Source: an uncultured Bacillota bacterium (GTDB taxonomy: Bacteria; Bacillota; DTU025; MWDF01). From it: a DNA stretch of 64,000 nt. This document shows positions 61,807 through 64,000 of this stretch, piece by piece (positions within the stretch are counted from its first letter, which is position 1; each line of letters starts with the position of its first letter). The DNA is taken from NCBI GenBank assembly GCA_963823655.1, contig CAWGMK010000006.1, forward strand, positions 192,001 to 256,000, in the 5' to 3' direction. A program made the translations under genes and the position numbers. The notes under the pieces are model-generated. The model did not search any database. It was not told where the DNA came from and was given only the letters and a program-made list of their open reading frames with translations.

Positions 61807-64000
61807 GTGGCGTCAGAAGAAAAGAAGGCTACTTTGAAAAAAGCAGGCAAACCCGCAGCCAACGAGGCTAAGGAGCCGTCGCAGGCCGTGCAGGAGGTCG
61901 AAATAGTGACGCAGGCAAAAGCCAAAAAGCCGTCCAAAGCCAAGAAACAGGAGCCTCAGAAGGCGGCAGTGATGCCGGTTTCGAAGCGGAGGATCCGCAA
62001 GAGCTTCTCGAAGATCAAGGATATCGAGGAAGTTCCGAACCTTCTGGACATACAGAAACAGTCCTACGAGTGGTTCATAAGCAAGGGTCTGGCCGAAACC
62101 TACAGGGAGATATCCCCGGTAGAAGCCTTTACCCATAACCTCGTCCTCGAGTTCATCGATCACAGGTTCGAGGAGCCTACATATTCAGTGGAGGAGTGCA
62201 AGAGGCGAGATGTAACATACTCGGCCAGACTGCACATCAACGTGAACCTTCACAACAAGAACACGGGAGAAATCGTCCAGCAGGAGGTCTTCGTAGGGGA
62301 TTTCCCGATGATGACCGATCGCGGCACATTCATAATAAACGGAACGGAAAGAGTCATCGTAACGCAGCTCGTCCGCTCCCCCGGGGTCTATTTCAGCGAG
62401 GAGAACAAGGAAGGCATCAACATTTTCAACGCGAGCATCATCCCCAACAGGGGTGCATGGCTCGAGCTTGATGCAAGCCCTTTAAGAGGTATCGGCGTCA
62501 AACTGGACAGAAACCACAAGTTCCCCGTAACCGTGCTTTTAAGAGCCCTCGGCTTTGGCACGGACGAGGAGATAATGGACCTGTTCCACAAGGATGAGCT
62601 AATACTGACCACACTCAAGAGGGACCCTTCCAAGAACCAGCAGGAGGCCATGGTCGAGATTTACAAGACCATGAGGCCTGACGACTTCACCTCCACCTCC
62701 GGTGCGAAAGAGCTCTCAAAGAAGAGCCTGGACCCTGGTGACAAGGCGAGGATCGTAAACGAAATATCGAAATACGGCAGCACGCTACTCGACCAGCTCT
62801 ACTTCCAGGACAAGAAGTACGACCTGGCGGAAGTAGGGCGCTATAAGGTAAATAAGAAGCTCAATATCTGGGAGAGGCTCATCGACAGGACCCTGACCAG
62901 GGATCTGTTCATGCCCAGCGAGATAGATACGACGACCGGCGAGATAACCGACGGTGAAGTGCTCGTCCCGGCAGGCACGCTTATTGACCGCAGGAAGGCT
63001 CAGGAGCTCAAGCGCGACCCCAAGGCCTCCCACATCGCAGAGGCGTGGATCCAGTCGCCCGACGGCAGCGGCAAAGAGCTCAAAGTTATGGGCAACGGCA
63101 ACATCCCCGAGGGCAAGAAGATCATTACCCGCGAGGACATGCTCACCACAGTCAACTATCTCATCAACCTGCATTATGGCGTCGGTGGGACGGATGACAT
63201 CGACCATTTGGGCAACAGAAGGCTCAAGACGGTAGGTGAGCTGCTGCAGAACCAGTTCAGGATCGGCCTCTCAAGGATGGAGAGGCTTATAAGGGAGCGC
63301 ATGACCCTGCAGGATATAGAAGGGGTCAAGCCACAGACGCTCATCAACTTCAGGCCGGTTGTAGCCGCCCTGAAGGAGTTCTTCGGCTCATCCCAGCTCT
63401 CCCAGTTCATGGACCAGACCAATCCTCTAGCCGAGCTTACGCACAAGAGAAGGCTCTCAGCCCTGGGCCCCGGCGGCTTGAACAGAGAGCATGCGGGCTT
63501 CGAGGTAAGAGACGTACATCACAGCCATTACGGAAGGATATGTCCGATAGAAACGCCGGAAGGCCCGAACATCGGCCTCATCGGCGCGCTGTGCAACTAC
63601 TCCAAGATCAACCCGTACGGCTTCATCCAGACCCCCTATATGAGGGTAATGGACGGCAAGGTGACCGGGGAGATCGAGTACCTGACGGCCGACGAAGAGG
63701 ACATATTCATAATTGCGCAGGCGAACGAGGAGCTGAGCCCCGACGGCAAGTTCATGAGGAACAAGGTCGAGGCGAGGTACAAGGATAAGATCATCGTAAG
63801 CGAAGTAGCCCAGGTGGACTACATAGACGTATCGCCCAAGCAGATCGTCTCCATCGCTACCGCGCTCATCCCGTTCCTTGAGCACGACGACGCAGGCCGT
63901 GCCCTGATGGGAGCCAACATGCAGCGCCAGGCGGTTCCCCTAATCAAGGCAGAGGCGCCTTTGGTTGGAACCGGCATGGAATATAGGGCCGCAGTGGACT
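61807..64000 (+). CDS. rpoB: RNA polymerase beta subunit (3' end runs off the window)
   Basis: [79 protein letters not shown]; GTG after GAGGAGGT. Confidence 0.97.
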   Translation, partial: MASEEKKATLKKAGKPAANEAKEPSQAVQEVEIVTQAKAKKPSKAKKQEPQKAAVMPVSKRRIRKSFSKIKDIEEVPNLLDIQKQSYEWFISKGLAETYREISPVEAFTHNLVLEFIDHRFEEPTYSVEECKRRDVTYSARLHINVNLHNKNTGEIVQQEVFVGDFPMMTDRGTFIINGTERVIVTQLVRSPGVYFSEENKEGINIFNASIIPNRGAWLELDASPLRGIGVKLDRNHKFPVTVLLRALGFGTDEEIMDLFHKDELILTTLKRDPSKNQQEAMVEIYKTMRPDDFTSTSGAKELSKKSLDPGDKARIVNEISKYGSTLLDQLYFQDKKYDLAEVGRYKVNKKLNIWERLIDRTLTRDLFMPSEIDTTTGEITDGEVLVPAGTLIDRRKAQELKRDPKASHIAEAWIQSPDGSGKELKVMGNGNIPEGKKIITREDMLTTVNYLINLHYGVGGTDDIDHLGNRRLKTVGELLQNQFRIGLSRMERLIRERMTLQDIEGVKPQTLINFRPVVAALKEFFGSSQLSQFMDQTNPLAELTHKRRLSALGPGGLNREHAGFEVRDVHHSHYGRICPIETPEGPNIGLIGALCNYSKINPYGFIQTPYMRVMDGKVTGEIEYLTADEEDIFIIAQANEELSPDGKFMRNKVEARYKDKIIVSEVAQVDYIDVSPKQIVSIATALIPFLEHDDAGRALMGANMQRQAVPLIKAEAPLVGTGMEYRAAVD

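Noticed and set aside
63380-63600. Rifampicin-resistance allele in rpoB
   Set aside because: Key cluster I residues (Q, D, H, R, S in [15 protein letters not shown]) are wild type; the IGAL variant alone is not interpretable

Overview
Core chromosomal segment of a moderately GC-rich anaerobic bacterium with Bacillota-type features (T-boxes, Prp plus extended L27, rplK-rplA-rplJ-rplL-rpoB). Almost all genes are on the + strand. Contents in order: sensor kinase, DUF2202 protein, mnmA, acyltransferase, ktrB/trkH, tRNAs, tig-clpP-clpX-lon, a divergent EF-G paralogue, T-box-valS-nth-folC, a DRTGG/kinase pair, an ~11 kb redox operon, maf-radC-mreBCD-mrdA-minC-rodA, radical SAM pair, RNase E/G, rplU-prp-rpmA, UPF0182, ogg, tRNA cluster, T-box-thrS, infC-rpmI-rplT, a second tRNA cluster with a stand-alone 5S rRNA, pyrR, rpmG-secE-nusG-rplKAJL and the 5' part of rpoB. 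The most notable feature is the apparent single operon rseC-rex-[membrane-anchored 12-heme cytochrome c]-nfnAB-fhs-rnfCDGEAB (22825-33878). It links a NapC/NrfH-headed, repeat-built multiheme cytochrome to Rnf, Nfn and C1 metabolism. Many genes, including essential ones, carry 1-nt frameshifts, most simply explained as assembly indels. No CRISPR array, transposase or prophage gene was recognised. All calls come from reading motifs by eye; no database search was run.
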